A stretch of 44,446 bases of DNA from a candidate division WOR-3 bacterium (GTDB lineage Bacteria > Hydrothermota > Tepidihabitantia > SM23-42), in assembly GCA_030671005.1 (NCBI GenBank), contig DAOVAN010000003.1:1-44446 (forward strand), read 5' to 3'. Positions 35,949 to 44,446 of the stretch are shown piece by piece; position 1 is the stretch's first letter, and every line of letters starts with the position of its first letter. The position numbers and the translations under genes were made by a program. The notes beneath the pieces were generated by a model. That model was given only the letters and a program-made list of their open reading frames with translations, was not told the DNA's origin and did no database searches.

Positions 35949-36395
35949 ATGAATACAGAGGTTTCCACAGAACGCAGAAAGAAAGGGCCGTATGTGGTCA
36001 TCGAGTGTCCGGAAAAGATACCATGTGATCCATGTGTTGATGCGTGCCCGAATGAGGCAATATCAATACCCGGCTCGATAATCGAATTACCAGAAATCGA
36101 CTATGATAAATGCACCGGGTGTCTGGTCTGCATCCCGAGATGTCCAGGACTGGCAATATTCGTGGTCGACGAAACGCCCAAGGATCATTCAATCATTTAC
36201 ATTCCATATGAAATGTTACCAAGACCCAAGAAGGGTGACACAGCAAAGGGACTGGACCGTGAAGGAAAAGAACGATGCGAAGTTGAAATAATAAAGGTCA
36301 TAGACGCAAAGAAATTTGACCGCTGCGCGATCGTCGGCTTTTCCGTACCCAGAGATTTAGCTCAAGAAATCAAGGCGATTAAACTAAGAGAGTAA
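35949..36395 (+). CDS. 4Fe-4S dicluster ferredoxin with C-terminal extension
   Basis: ECPEKIPCDPCVDACP and CTGCLVCIPRCPGLAI; tail PYE.LP.P.KG....LDREG. Confidence 0.88.
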   Translation: MNTEVSTERRKKGPYVVIECPEKIPCDPCVDACPNEAISIPGSIIELPEIDYDKCTGCLVCIPRCPGLAIFVVDETPKDHSIIYIPYEMLPRPKKGDTAKGLDREGKERCEVEIIKVIDAKKFDRCAIVGFSVPRDLAQEIKAIKLRE

Positions 36396-36437
36396 CCTTT
36401 TGCGCGCAAATCTTGTCTAAACAAATGAGGTGAAAAA

Positions 36438-38054
36438 ATGATAAAAAGATTGACATCAATTTTACTAGTCACGCTCGTCTTTGCCGTAGCTGACGAGTAT
36501 CTGGTACGTGTTGACCTTAATGAGGAAAGGTTAATACCACTTTCAGAGCAGGGTTTAAAGACCCTCGCAGAACTTGAACATACTGCGATTGTGCTACTTA
36601 CCGATGCTGAATTTGATAAAATCCAGCCATTCAGTCATCGAATACTGGACACACAGCCACAAGAGGGTGACTATTATCTTGTATTGCCTGTGGATCGTGC
36701 ACTTGATTTAACTATCTATGGCGATATCCTGATGCACGATGGCGACGACTATCTGCTCAAATTACACGCTGGTATGCTCGAATCACTGATAAAACAAAAG
36801 ATCATGATTAAACGCTTACCGTTCACGCCCATGGTGCTTCAAAGCAAGAAAGATCTCTCTCCACCGGCTCATGGTCCTCAACTTCCCGCTGTGTTTTACA
36901 ACTATATGGTTCAAGAAATGGTGGACAGCGTCGATGCCGACAGCATTCTCAGTTATGTACAGAGGCTGCAGGACTACGTCACGAGATACTCCACCCATGA
37001 TTCCTGTTTTGCAGCGGCTGGCTATATTTCTGACAAATTCGTTGCCTATGGATGTGATTCAGTCTTCATGCAGTATCATGTAGCAGGTCATGCACCGAAC
37101 GTTATCGGTATCAAGCGTGGAGAAGTATACCCTGATTCTATATATACAATAATATGCGGTCACTTTGACGCCACCTCCTATGCCGTGCCCGATATCGCAC
37201 CCGGTGCCGATGACAATGCCAGCGGTACCGCTGCCGTAATCGAAGCAGCACGGGTAATGCGTGATTATCAGTTCGAATATTCAATAAGGTATATCGCTTT
37301 TTCAGGAGAAGAATGGGGACTGTACGGCAGCGAGCACTATGCGCAACTCGCCCGCACTCAGGGTGACAGCATTCTCGGAGTACTCAACGGCGACATGATT
37401 GCCTACGCAGATGTGCAGCCGGAAAGCCTTGAGGTTTTTGCAAAAACCTCGAATCCTTCCTGTGGACCATTTGCCGATTTTTTCATCGCAGCGGCCGATA
37501 CCTATACTACACTCAGGACCAACAAGCGTTTGACTACGACCATGGTATATTCAGACCATGCGCCATTCTGGGACCAAGGATATCTGGCATTGTGTAACAT
37601 CGAAGACTTCTGGGTAATGAATCCTTATTATCACACGCCGGGCGACACCATTGGTGCCGGCTACAATGACCACACGTTTTGCACTGAAGTAACCAAAGCA
37701 GAAATCGCGGCCCTGGCACTACTGGCAATTCCGTATGGAACCGGAGTCGCCGAATACCCGAAAACGACATCGCAAATCACACGGCTCACCGTGTACCCTA
37801 ATATCAGCAATACCTATTTTACCATTAATCTCACCGCCAACGAAGCGGTCGGTTCGATACATCTGAAGATCTTTGATGCAACGGGTCGTGTGGTGAAAAA
37901 CATTCTCCCGCGGTCATCAGTTATCGCTGATCGGTTATCGGCAACGTGGGATGGGACCGACAATGCAGGACGGAAACTACCAGAGGGTATTTACTTCTTG
38001 GAACTAGAAGATGCCCGCTCTACCCCGCCCGTGAAGCTCATACTGCTACGTTAG
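36438..38054 (+). CDS. Secreted M28 metallopeptidase with C-terminal FlgD-Ig/Por-sorting-like domain
   Basis: Signal peptide; GHFD, GADDNASG, SGEE.GL.GS, N.DMI, SDH.PF, YHT..D; tail VYPN...IFDATGR.V...WDG.D..GR.L..GIYF. Confidence 0.9.
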   Translation: MIKRLTSILLVTLVFAVADEYLVRVDLNEERLIPLSEQGLKTLAELEHTAIVLLTDAEFDKIQPFSHRILDTQPQEGDYYLVLPVDRALDLTIYGDILMHDGDDYLLKLHAGMLESLIKQKIMIKRLPFTPMVLQSKKDLSPPAHGPQLPAVFYNYMVQEMVDSVDADSILSYVQRLQDYVTRYSTHDSCFAAAGYISDKFVAYGCDSVFMQYHVAGHAPNVIGIKRGEVYPDSIYTIICGHFDATSYAVPDIAPGADDNASGTAAVIEAARVMRDYQFEYSIRYIAFSGEEWGLYGSEHYAQLARTQGDSILGVLNGDMIAYADVQPESLEVFAKTSNPSCGPFADFFIAAADTYTTLRTNKRLTTTMVYSDHAPFWDQGYLALCNIEDFWVMNPYYHTPGDTIGAGYNDHTFCTEVTKAEIAALALLAIPYGTGVAEYPKTTSQITRLTVYPNISNTYFTINLTANEAVGSIHLKIFDATGRVVKNILPRSSVIADRLSATWDGTDNAGRKLPEGIYFLELEDARSTPPVKLILLR

Positions 38055-38096
38055 GTTATAGATTCGCGGTTCTCCTGTAACAACCAGAGGCATTGA

Positions 38097-38339
38097 TCAC
38101 GCTTTCTCAGCCTCAATCCATTTTCTGATTTCATCTTTGCTCGGCATCCTTCCTGAGCTAACCACTTTTCCATTAATGACCAATCCTGGGGTCGCCATTA
38201 TTTTGTATTCCATCATTCTCTTCAAGTCGGTGACCTTCTGAACATCAGCCGCGATGTCCATTTCGGCCAGGACATCGATCGTCCTTTTTGCTACCTCCTG
38301 GCAGCGGGGGCAACCCGGCCCCAATATCCTAATCTCCAT
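38097..38339 (-). CDS. Small thioredoxin-like redox protein (MTH895-like)
   Basis: ILGPGCPRC, TPGLVING...SG; AAGGAG SD before ATG 38339. Confidence 0.9.
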   Translation of the reverse strand: MEIRILGPGCPRCQEVAKRTIDVLAEMDIAADVQKVTDLKRMMEYKIMATPGLVINGKVVSSGRMPSKDEIRKWIEAEKA

Positions 38340-38349
38340 GCTACTCCTT

Positions 38350-39516
38350 TCAGAATAAAGCACCAAACACCCAACCTGCAAAACTGGACATGATAACGAC
38401 CAACACAATATAGCAAAACGTTCTCTTGAAACCAATAATGCTGTGAATGACCAGAATACTCGGTAGACTCACTGCTGGACCAGCAAGTAGCAATGCCAGG
38501 GCTGGCCCCTTGCCCATACCACTGCCGAGAAGTCCTTGAAGTATCGGCACTTCGGTCAGCGTTGCGAAATACATGAAGGCACCAGCAATCGATGCAAAAA
38601 AATTGGACCACAGAGAATTGCCTCCAACCAACATGGCGACGAATCTTGAGGGTATTATTCCGGCATCGGTGTTGGGCCGGCCGAGCAGGAAACCCGCAAT
38701 AAGAACTCCGGCAAAGAGCAGGGGCAGGATTTGTTTGGCAAAAATCCACGTTGAATGTACCCAATCTGTGATTTCATTCTTCTTGAACCACCTAAGAAGC
38801 ATCATGGAAAGAACAACGAGCAGCCCGGCGGTCAGATACCAGTGAATACCGTAGATTGTGTTCCACAAACCATTTGCCTGGGTTGGTTTCGCCCAAGCTG
38901 CGAAAATCAGTATCAGGACAAGAACAAGAAAATACAAACCATTTTGCCCGAGGGAGCGCGATTTGCCAGCAGGTGATTCAGAGGCTATGAGTTCCTCGTC
39001 AGTTCCTTGTTTGTCCCTAAAGAAGAGCGACATCAAAAGACCGATGATAATGGAGAACGCTATCGCGCCAACTGCGCGTGCGATACCGAGCTCGTATCCG
39101 AGCACCCGTGCCGTGAGAATAATTGCCAGGGCGTTTATTGCTGGTCCAGAATAGAGAAACGTCGTAGCCGGTCCAATGCCCGCGCCTCTCGTATAGATCC
39201 CGGCAAACATGGGCAAAACCGTACAGGAACAGACGGCGAGTATGCTGCCGGAGATTGATGCTACACCATAGGAGAGAATTTTGTTTGCCCGAGCGCCAAA
39301 GTATTTGATCACCGCTTCCTTGGATATGAAGATACAGATGGCACCGGCGATAAAAAACGCGGGGATCAGACAAAAAAGAACATGTTCGCGCGCATATTCT
39401 TGAAGCATCAGGAATGCCTCAAGAATTGCTCCCTGCATTCTTATCCCTGTGAAAGGTACAAAATAGACGATCAGGAAGGCAACAATGAATAATAACAGTC
39501 TGGTTCGATCCTTCAT
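38350..39516 (-). CDS. ArsP/DUF318-family permease
   Basis: EHV..CL.PAFFIAG, AVCSCTVLP, FLYSGPAIN, MYFATLTEVPI, LLAGPAVSLP; lies between arsR and a thioredoxin. Confidence 0.88.
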   Translation of the reverse strand: MKDRTRLLLFIVAFLIVYFVPFTGIRMQGAILEAFLMLQEYAREHVLFCLIPAFFIAGAICIFISKEAVIKYFGARANKILSYGVASISGSILAVCSCTVLPMFAGIYTRGAGIGPATTFLYSGPAINALAIILTARVLGYELGIARAVGAIAFSIIIGLLMSLFFRDKQGTDEELIASESPAGKSRSLGQNGLYFLVLVLILIFAAWAKPTQANGLWNTIYGIHWYLTAGLLVVLSMMLLRWFKKNEITDWVHSTWIFAKQILPLLFAGVLIAGFLLGRPNTDAGIIPSRFVAMLVGGNSLWSNFFASIAGAFMYFATLTEVPILQGLLGSGMGKGPALALLLAGPAVSLPSILVIHSIIGFKRTFCYIVLVVIMSSFAGWVFGALF

Positions 39517-39845
39517 TGCATACTCTTCATTAATGAATCAAACATATCGCGACTCTTCTTCAAATTCTCCAGAATGCAAATTTCCATCAGGTCAATGAGT
39601 TTGATGATCCTCGAGTCAGCGACCGCATACCAGACTTCCTGGCCTCGTTTTTCACTGCGCACGATACCGGCGTTGCGTAATATCGCCAAATGATGAGAAA
39701 CATTTGATTGCTCGCCACCAACATAGGGAATGATCTTGCAAACACAACACGGGCCAACACGCAATTTCTCCAGGATTTTGAGGCGCAACGGATGAGCAAG
39801 TGCGTTGAATGCCCTGGCTTTTTTTCCGGTCATTTGAATTGCCAT
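39513..39845 (-). CDS. ArsR/SmtB metalloregulator
   Basis: ALAHPLRLKI, CCVC, QSNVSHHL.ILR..G.V...K.G..V.Y. Confidence 0.93.
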   Translation of the reverse strand: MAIQMTGKKARAFNALAHPLRLKILEKLRVGPCCVCKIIPYVGGEQSNVSHHLAILRNAGIVRSEKRGQEVWYAVADSRIIKLIDLMEICILENLKKSRDMFDSLMKSMQ

Positions 39846-39850
39846 ATATG

Positions 39851-39878
39851 ATTATATGTAGATATCTTCATATGTCAA
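39851..39878 (-). promoter_or_regulatory. Leaderless arsR promoter with overlapping palindromic operator
   Basis: TTGACA-N16-TATAAT, 5 nt before the ATG; near-palindrome ATATGTAGATATCTTCATAT at 39854-39873. Confidence 0.85.
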
Positions 39879-39932
39879 TACCCGATGTGCTAGTCCTCTG
39901 CCGCTCGCTTCGTGCCTATTTATGAGGTAATC

Positions 39933-40283
39933 CTATCTTATGTGGTCGGGACAGGAAACGCGACCTGTCTCAGGGTCGTAAAGATACTGGCTATTCGTTA
40001 CCGGGCAGTAAAGATCGCTCTCGGCCAGGCCGTTCAAACCGGGCAGGTGCGCAGGATAGATGCCTTCTCTTATGTAGCACAGGCGCACCTCTATTTCGAT
40101 CTTTCTCACTTGCGCTAAGCACTCGACACTCCTTGCCCGTTCAATGGGCGATGTCATGTTCCCAGGGCCAGAGCTTTCTTGGCCGCGATAATAATAAATC
40201 GCAAAGAAAGCGATCACCGCGATGATAATCATCGAAATCACGAGTGATATGGCCGTGAAGCCTTCTCGGAACGGCCTCTTCAT
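39933..40283 (-). CDS. Orphan type IV pilin/pseudopilin-like protein
   Basis: Basic leader MKRPFREG followed by FTAIS and a hydrophobic helix; GIYP..L motif; Cys-rich C-terminus ending CPDH. Confidence 0.72.
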   Translation of the reverse strand: MKRPFREGFTAISLVISMIIIAVIAFFAIYYYRGQESSGPGNMTSPIERARSVECLAQVRKIEIEVRLCYIREGIYPAHLPGLNGLAESDLYCPVTNSQYLYDPETGRVSCPDHIR

Positions 40284-40289
40284 GTTCAT

Positions 40290-40317
40290 AATGTACACTT
40301 TTGAGGTACGCTGTCAA
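40290..40317 (-). promoter_or_regulatory. Promoter of the pilin gene, probably leaderless
   Basis: TTGACA-N16-TACATT, 6 nt before ATG 40283. Confidence 0.6.
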
Positions 40318-40344
40318 TAACGACGTAATTGTGTATATTACCTA

Positions 40345-40372
40345 TTGACTTTTCGTGTGATTTGGGTATAAT
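40345..40372 (+). promoter_or_regulatory. Promoter of the rpsH operon
   Basis: TTGACT-N16-TATAAT. Confidence 0.8.
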
Positions 40373-40426
40373 GCTAGTCTATGGTAAAAATAAAAAGTCT
40401 ATTTATCGAAACTTGCAGGAGGTTTG

Positions 40427-40810
40427 ATGGACCCAATTGCTGATATGCTGACGATCATTAGAAACGGCTGTCGAGGTCAGAAACAAGAGGTCACCGTTCC
40501 CTACTCCCGGCTCAAGACCGAGGTTTTACGGGTCATTCTCGAGGAGGGCTATATCAACAACTTTACGCTTGATTCGAAAAAAAGAAAAATCACAATCATG
40601 TTGAAGTACGCGAAGAATGGTGAATCTGTAATCAGAAACCTCGAGCGGATATCAAAGTGTTCGCGCCGCGTTTATGTCTCGAAGAGCGAGATCCCACGAG
40701 TGTTAGGAGGCCTAGGCACTGCCATACTCACAACGCCGGTGGGTGTACTCAGCGACCGTGAGGCACGACGCAAAGGCGTAGGAGGCGAAGTCATCACCTT
40801 CGTCTATTAA
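40427..40810 (+). CDS. rpsH: 30S ribosomal protein S8
   Basis: DPIADMLT.IRN, EEGYI, IPRVLGGLG.AIL.T, GGEV. Confidence 0.97.
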   Translation: MDPIADMLTIIRNGCRGQKQEVTVPYSRLKTEVLRVILEEGYINNFTLDSKKRKITIMLKYAKNGESVIRNLERISKCSRRVYVSKSEIPRVLGGLGTAILTTPVGVLSDREARRKGVGGEVITFVY

Positions 40811-40823
40811 CGGAGAGATCAAA

Positions 40824-41393
40824 ATGTCCAAGAATCGCTTTCGACCAATTATTATTCCAAAACAGGTCAAGCTCTCAGTCGTGAATTCGTTTGTTAAAGT
40901 TGGAGGACCGCTCGGCAATCTCGAACTGAAAATGAGTTCCAAGGTTAAGGCAGTAGTGGAAGAGGACAAGGTATTTATCAAGGCTCTCGAAAACACAAAA
41001 ACTGCTGCGTCACATCAAGGTACCATGAGATCGTTGATCAAGAATATGATAGATGGTGTGATGGAAGGATTCCAGAAGACTCTGATAATCGAAGGAACGG
41101 GCTACCGCGCACAGATGAGCGGCGCAGGTTTACAGCTCTTCCTCGGCTACTCAAAACCGAAAACGGTCGCCATACCTCAAGATGTGAAGTGCGAATTGAA
41201 AGTAGTGAAGAGTGCTGAAAAAGGAGACTTGACGTACATAACCCTGAAGGGAATCGATAAACAGAAAGTAGGCGATATTGCGGCGCTAATTAAGAAGACA
41301 AGAAAACCCGACCCCTATAAGCACAAGGGAGTTCGCTACGCGGATGAAGTTCTGAGAAAGAAAATTGGTAAGCGTGCGGTTGTACAGGCATAA
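40824..41393 (+). CDS. rplF: 50S ribosomal protein L6
   Basis: GPLG.L, GT.RSLI.NM, G.GYRA, GIDKQKVG, PDPYK.KGVRY. Confidence 0.96.
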   Translation: MSKNRFRPIIIPKQVKLSVVNSFVKVGGPLGNLELKMSSKVKAVVEEDKVFIKALENTKTAASHQGTMRSLIKNMIDGVMEGFQKTLIIEGTGYRAQMSGAGLQLFLGYSKPKTVAIPQDVKCELKVVKSAEKGDLTYITLKGIDKQKVGDIAALIKKTRKPDPYKHKGVRYADEVLRKKIGKRAVVQA

Positions 41394-41403
41394 GGAGGAA
41401 TAA

Positions 41404-41748
41404 TTGGCATTACGTGGCAGAAAAAAAAGACAGCAGAGTATTAGAAAGAAACTAATCGGTACGACCGACCGCCCGAGGCTATGTGTCTTTCGAAGCAACC
41501 GTTATATCTATGCTCAGGTGATCGACGATACAAAACAGAAAGTGATGCTCGCATGTTCCTCGTCTAACCTAAAGGATACTAAGGACAAGAAAAAGATCGA
41601 GATAGCGACCGAGGTAGGCAAGATGATTGGCAAAATTGCGGCTGAGAAAGGCATCAAGAGAGTGGCCTTTGATCGCGCTGGATACAGGTACCACGGTCGC
41701 GTCAAGGCTTTAGCCGAAGGCGCCCGTGCCGCTGGGCTGGAGTTCTAG
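41404..41748 (+). CDS. rplR: 50S ribosomal protein L18
   Basis: [36 protein letters not shown]. Confidence 0.97.
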   Translation: MALRGRKKRQQSIRKKLIGTTDRPRLCVFRSNRYIYAQVIDDTKQKVMLACSSSNLKDTKDKKKIEIATEVGKMIGKIAAEKGIKRVAFDRAGYRYHGRVKALAEGARAAGLEF

Positions 41749-41759
41749 AAGGAGGTTTG

Positions 41760-42293
41760 GTGATAGAATCTACCCCATTCTTTGAGAAACTTATCGAATT
41801 AAAAAGAGTCTCAAAAGTAGTAAAGGGAGGTAAGAGACTAAAGCTATATGCATGTGTTGTGGTGGGTGATGGAACGGGCAACGTTGGCGTCGGTCACGCG
41901 AAGTCGTCAGAAGTGGCTCCCGCGATAAGGAAAGCCACCGAGGGTGCCAAGAAAAAGATGATGAAGGTTGATGTCACAGGAGGTACAATCCTACATCCAG
42001 TAATCGGCAGATTCTGTGCCTGCAGGGTAGTTCTGAAACCAGCCCTTACTGGTACTGGTATCATCGCATCGAGCGCAGTACGCGCGGTTTGCGAGGCAGC
42101 AGGTATCAAGAATATCCTCACCAAGTCGCTCGGCTCGAACAACACGACGAATCTCGCACGCGCCACTATAAATGGGCTGAAATCAATCCGTTCAATTGCC
42201 GAAGTCGCCGAGATGCGCAACAAACCGGTTGAATACTTCATGAGGAAGAAGAATGAAAAAGCTGAAAGTAACACTGAAGAAAAGTCTGATTGA
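41760..42293 (+). CDS. rpsE: 30S ribosomal protein S5
   Basis: [32 protein letters not shown]; GTG 41760 or TTG 41757 start. Confidence 0.96.
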   Translation: MIESTPFFEKLIELKRVSKVVKGGKRLKLYACVVVGDGTGNVGVGHAKSSEVAPAIRKATEGAKKKMMKVDVTGGTILHPVIGRFCACRVVLKPALTGTGIIASSAVRAVCEAAGIKNILTKSLGSNNTTNLARATINGLKSIRSIAEVAEMRNKPVEYFMRKKNEKAESNTEEKSD

Positions 42294-42447
42294 CAAACAA
42301 AAGAAACACAAGCTCACGTTAAGAGCCTTGGGTCTGACAAAAATCGGAAAAACAAGGACATTTCCCGATAATGAGGCAGTACGTGGGATGATAAATCAGG
42401 TATCCTATATGGTGGAGGTTGAGGAGATCGCTCATGAAACTGAGTGA
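42253..42447 (+). CDS. rpmD: 50S ribosomal protein L30
   Basis: LKVTL.KS.I, TL.ALGL.KI, RGMI..V; position between rpsE and rplO. Confidence 0.93.
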   Translation: MKKLKVTLKKSLIDKQKKHKLTLRALGLTKIGKTRTFPDNEAVRGMINQVSYMVEVEEIAHETE

Positions 42448-42874
42448 GTTGAAACCAGCAAAAGGTGCTACAAAAAGACCAAAGCGCGTCGGACGCGGCC
42501 CGGGGTCAGGACACGGTAAGACATCCACGCGGGGCCACAAAGGACATCGACAACGGTCTGGATTTCGCGCCAAGCTCGGATTCGAAGGTGGACAGATGCC
42601 TCTCGTGAGAAGAATCCCCAAGCGTGGTTTCACGAATATCTTCAGGGTGGATTACGAGATTGTGAATGTCGAAATCCTGAGTAAGTTTGAGCCTAATACT
42701 GAAGTAACACCCGATCTTCTGAAAGAGAAAGGAATTATCAAAGGAAAACATCGACTGAAGATACTAGGCAACGGTGAAATCGCTGTCCCCTTGACCGTGA
42801 AGGCCCACAAGTTTTCTAAATCAGCCCGAGAAAAGATTCTAAAGGCAAAAGGCAAGGTCGAGCAAATAGCATGA
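42434..42874 (+). CDS. rplO: 50S ribosomal protein L15
   Basis: [36 protein letters not shown]; GAGGAG SD before ATG 42434. Confidence 0.97.
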   Translation: MKLSELKPAKGATKRPKRVGRGPGSGHGKTSTRGHKGHRQRSGFRAKLGFEGGQMPLVRRIPKRGFTNIFRVDYEIVNVEILSKFEPNTEVTPDLLKEKGIIKGKHRLKILGNGEIAVPLTVKAHKFSKSAREKILKAKGKVEQIA

Positions 42875-44184
42875 TTTCGACATTTGGTAATATATTCAAA
42901 GTCCCGGAACTGAAGAAAAAGTTGCTGTTCACACTCTTTGCAGTAGCCGTATATCGTCTGGGAGCCCACATACCACTGCCCGGTATAAATGCACAGGCAT
43001 TGGGTATGTTGATGCAGCAATTGAAGCAACAAGGTTCAATATTTGGCATGTACGACATATTTGTGGGCGGTGCCCTTTCACGTGCGGCGATACTCTTCTT
43101 GGGGGTCATGCCCTATATCTCGGCATCGATCATTTTTCAATTAATGGGATCTGTCTTCCCACAGATTGAGAAACTACAACGTGACCAGGCAGGCAGAAGA
43201 AAAATCACACAATACACGAGGTATCTCACGGTTGGTCTGGCGGCTTTCCAAGCAATCAGCATCGCGATATTCTTGGAGACCCAGAAGTTCAGCGGCCCTA
43301 CTGGTGTCATGCCAATCGTTTTTAATCCAGGCTGGGCATTCAGGCTTCCCGCACTGTTAACCCTGACCTGCGGCGCCGTCTTCGCGATGTGGATTGGAGA
43401 ACAGATCACCGAGAAGGGAATTGGCAATGGTATCTCGTTCCTCATCTTCATCGGCTGCCTAGAAGAATACCCGGGGTATTTCTTACGCACCGTACAGCTC
43501 GTTATGACCGAGGGGCTATCAATCATTAACCTTATTCTCGTGGTTGTAATAATGATTTTCATAGTCGCCGCGGTGGTCGTCATGACCCAAGCACAACGCC
43601 GGATTCCTGTGCAATACCCAAAACGCATCGTCGGTCGCAGAATGTACGGAGGGCAATCGACATTCCTTCCATTAAGGGTAAACACGGCAGGCGTGATACC
43701 CATCATCTTTGCCCAGGCCTTAGTTGTCTTTCCGGGTACAATTGCAGCCTATGTGCCAGCGTTTAGAGGTCTCACCGAAGCCTTCAGACCTGGCTTTTTT
43801 CTCTATGACATCATATTCTTTTCACTGATCGTCTTTTTCACATATTTCTACACCTCGGTGGTGTTCAACCCCGTAGAACTGGCCGACAACATGAAACGAT
43901 ACGGAGGCTTCATTCCCGGCATAAGACCGGGCTCTAGAACGGCCGACTACATAGATACTGTCTTATCTCGAATCACCCTACCCGGAGCACTTTTCCTAGG
44001 ATCCATCGCACTCGTGCCATGGTATTTGATCAACTTCCTCAATGTGCCGTTCTACTTCGGTGGGACAACCCTGCTCATTATCGTGGGTGTTGCCTTAGAC
44101 ACATTGCAGCAGGTCGAATCGCAACTGATGATGTATCACTACGAGGGCTTCATGAAACGTGGCAAGATACGGGGACGGAGATGA
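42871..44184 (+). CDS. secY: Preprotein translocase subunit SecY
   Basis: [56 protein letters not shown]. Confidence 0.98.
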   Translation: MISTFGNIFKVPELKKKLLFTLFAVAVYRLGAHIPLPGINAQALGMLMQQLKQQGSIFGMYDIFVGGALSRAAILFLGVMPYISASIIFQLMGSVFPQIEKLQRDQAGRRKITQYTRYLTVGLAAFQAISIAIFLETQKFSGPTGVMPIVFNPGWAFRLPALLTLTCGAVFAMWIGEQITEKGIGNGISFLIFIGCLEEYPGYFLRTVQLVMTEGLSIINLILVVVIMIFIVAAVVVMTQAQRRIPVQYPKRIVGRRMYGGQSTFLPLRVNTAGVIPIIFAQALVVFPGTIAAYVPAFRGLTEAFRPGFFLYDIIFFSLIVFFTYFYTSVVFNPVELADNMKRYGGFIPGIRPGSRTADYIDTVLSRITLPGALFLGSIALVPWYLINFLNVPFYFGGTTLLIIVGVALDTLQQVESQLMMYHYEGFMKRGKIRGRR

Positions 44185-44446
44185 GGATACTACTGCTGGG
44201 GCCCCCTGGTGTCGGCAAGGGTACTCAAGCACAACTACTAGCCAGTAAGTACAATCTTGTACGAATCTCCACTGGCGACCTATTACGTGAGGAAGTGTCA
44301 CTCAGCAGTCCAGTCGGACGGAAGGTTGAACAATATCTAAAGAAAGGTCACCTGGTGCCCGATGACATTATGTTCGAGATCATTGATAGCATTCTAATTG
44401 AAAACAGAGACCAGGAAATTCTCTTTGATGGCTTTCCCAGAAATCT
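44181..44446 (+). CDS. adk: Adenylate kinase (5' part, runs off the window)
   Basis: Manual translation [17 protein letters not shown]...ISTGDLLR...G.LVPD...FDGFPR; ATGA overlap with the secY stop. Confidence 0.95.
   Translation, partial: MRILLLGPPGVGKGTQAQLLASKYNLVRISTGDLLREEVSLSSPVGRKVEQYLKKGHLVPDDIMFEIIDSILIENRDQEILFDGFPRN

Overview
Core-genome window of a diderm bacterium. The gene repertoire (Omp85 protein, M28 peptidase with a FlgD-Ig/Por-type tail) is compatible with an FCB-related lineage such as candidate phylum WOR-3; this placement is inference only. From left to right: a repeat-rich intergenic tract; a minus-strand dcw cluster (mraZ-STAS-rsmH-ftsL-ftsI-murE-murF-mraY-murD-ftsW-murG-murC-murB-[96-aa FtsQ-like]-ftsA-ftsZ-trxB); yajC-[def::fmt fusion]-rsmB; a 30-bp inverted-repeat element; nnr-propeller-tatC-lipoprotein; a structured repeat mosaic; tRNA-Ala(GGC)-TPR-DUF4845-like-HNH-Omp85-Wzi-like; apgM-purH; [2Fe-2S]-lipB-lipA divergent from a 4Fe-4S protein and an M28 peptidase; arsR-arsP-thioredoxin; an orphan pilin; and a spc operon that starts at rpsH (rpsH-rplF-rplR-rpsE-rpmD-rplO-secY-adk'). 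Most notable: an in-frame deformylase-formyltransferase fusion; a remodelled divisome locus (POTRA-less mini-FtsQ, a STAS protein without the phosphoacceptor motif, FtsZ with a doubled C-terminal peptide); window-wide TTGAC-type promoters with 16-bp spacers and five apparently leaderless genes; and several structured non-coding repeats. No CRISPR array, integrase or intact transposase was seen. All protein calls come from motif recognition, not database searches.
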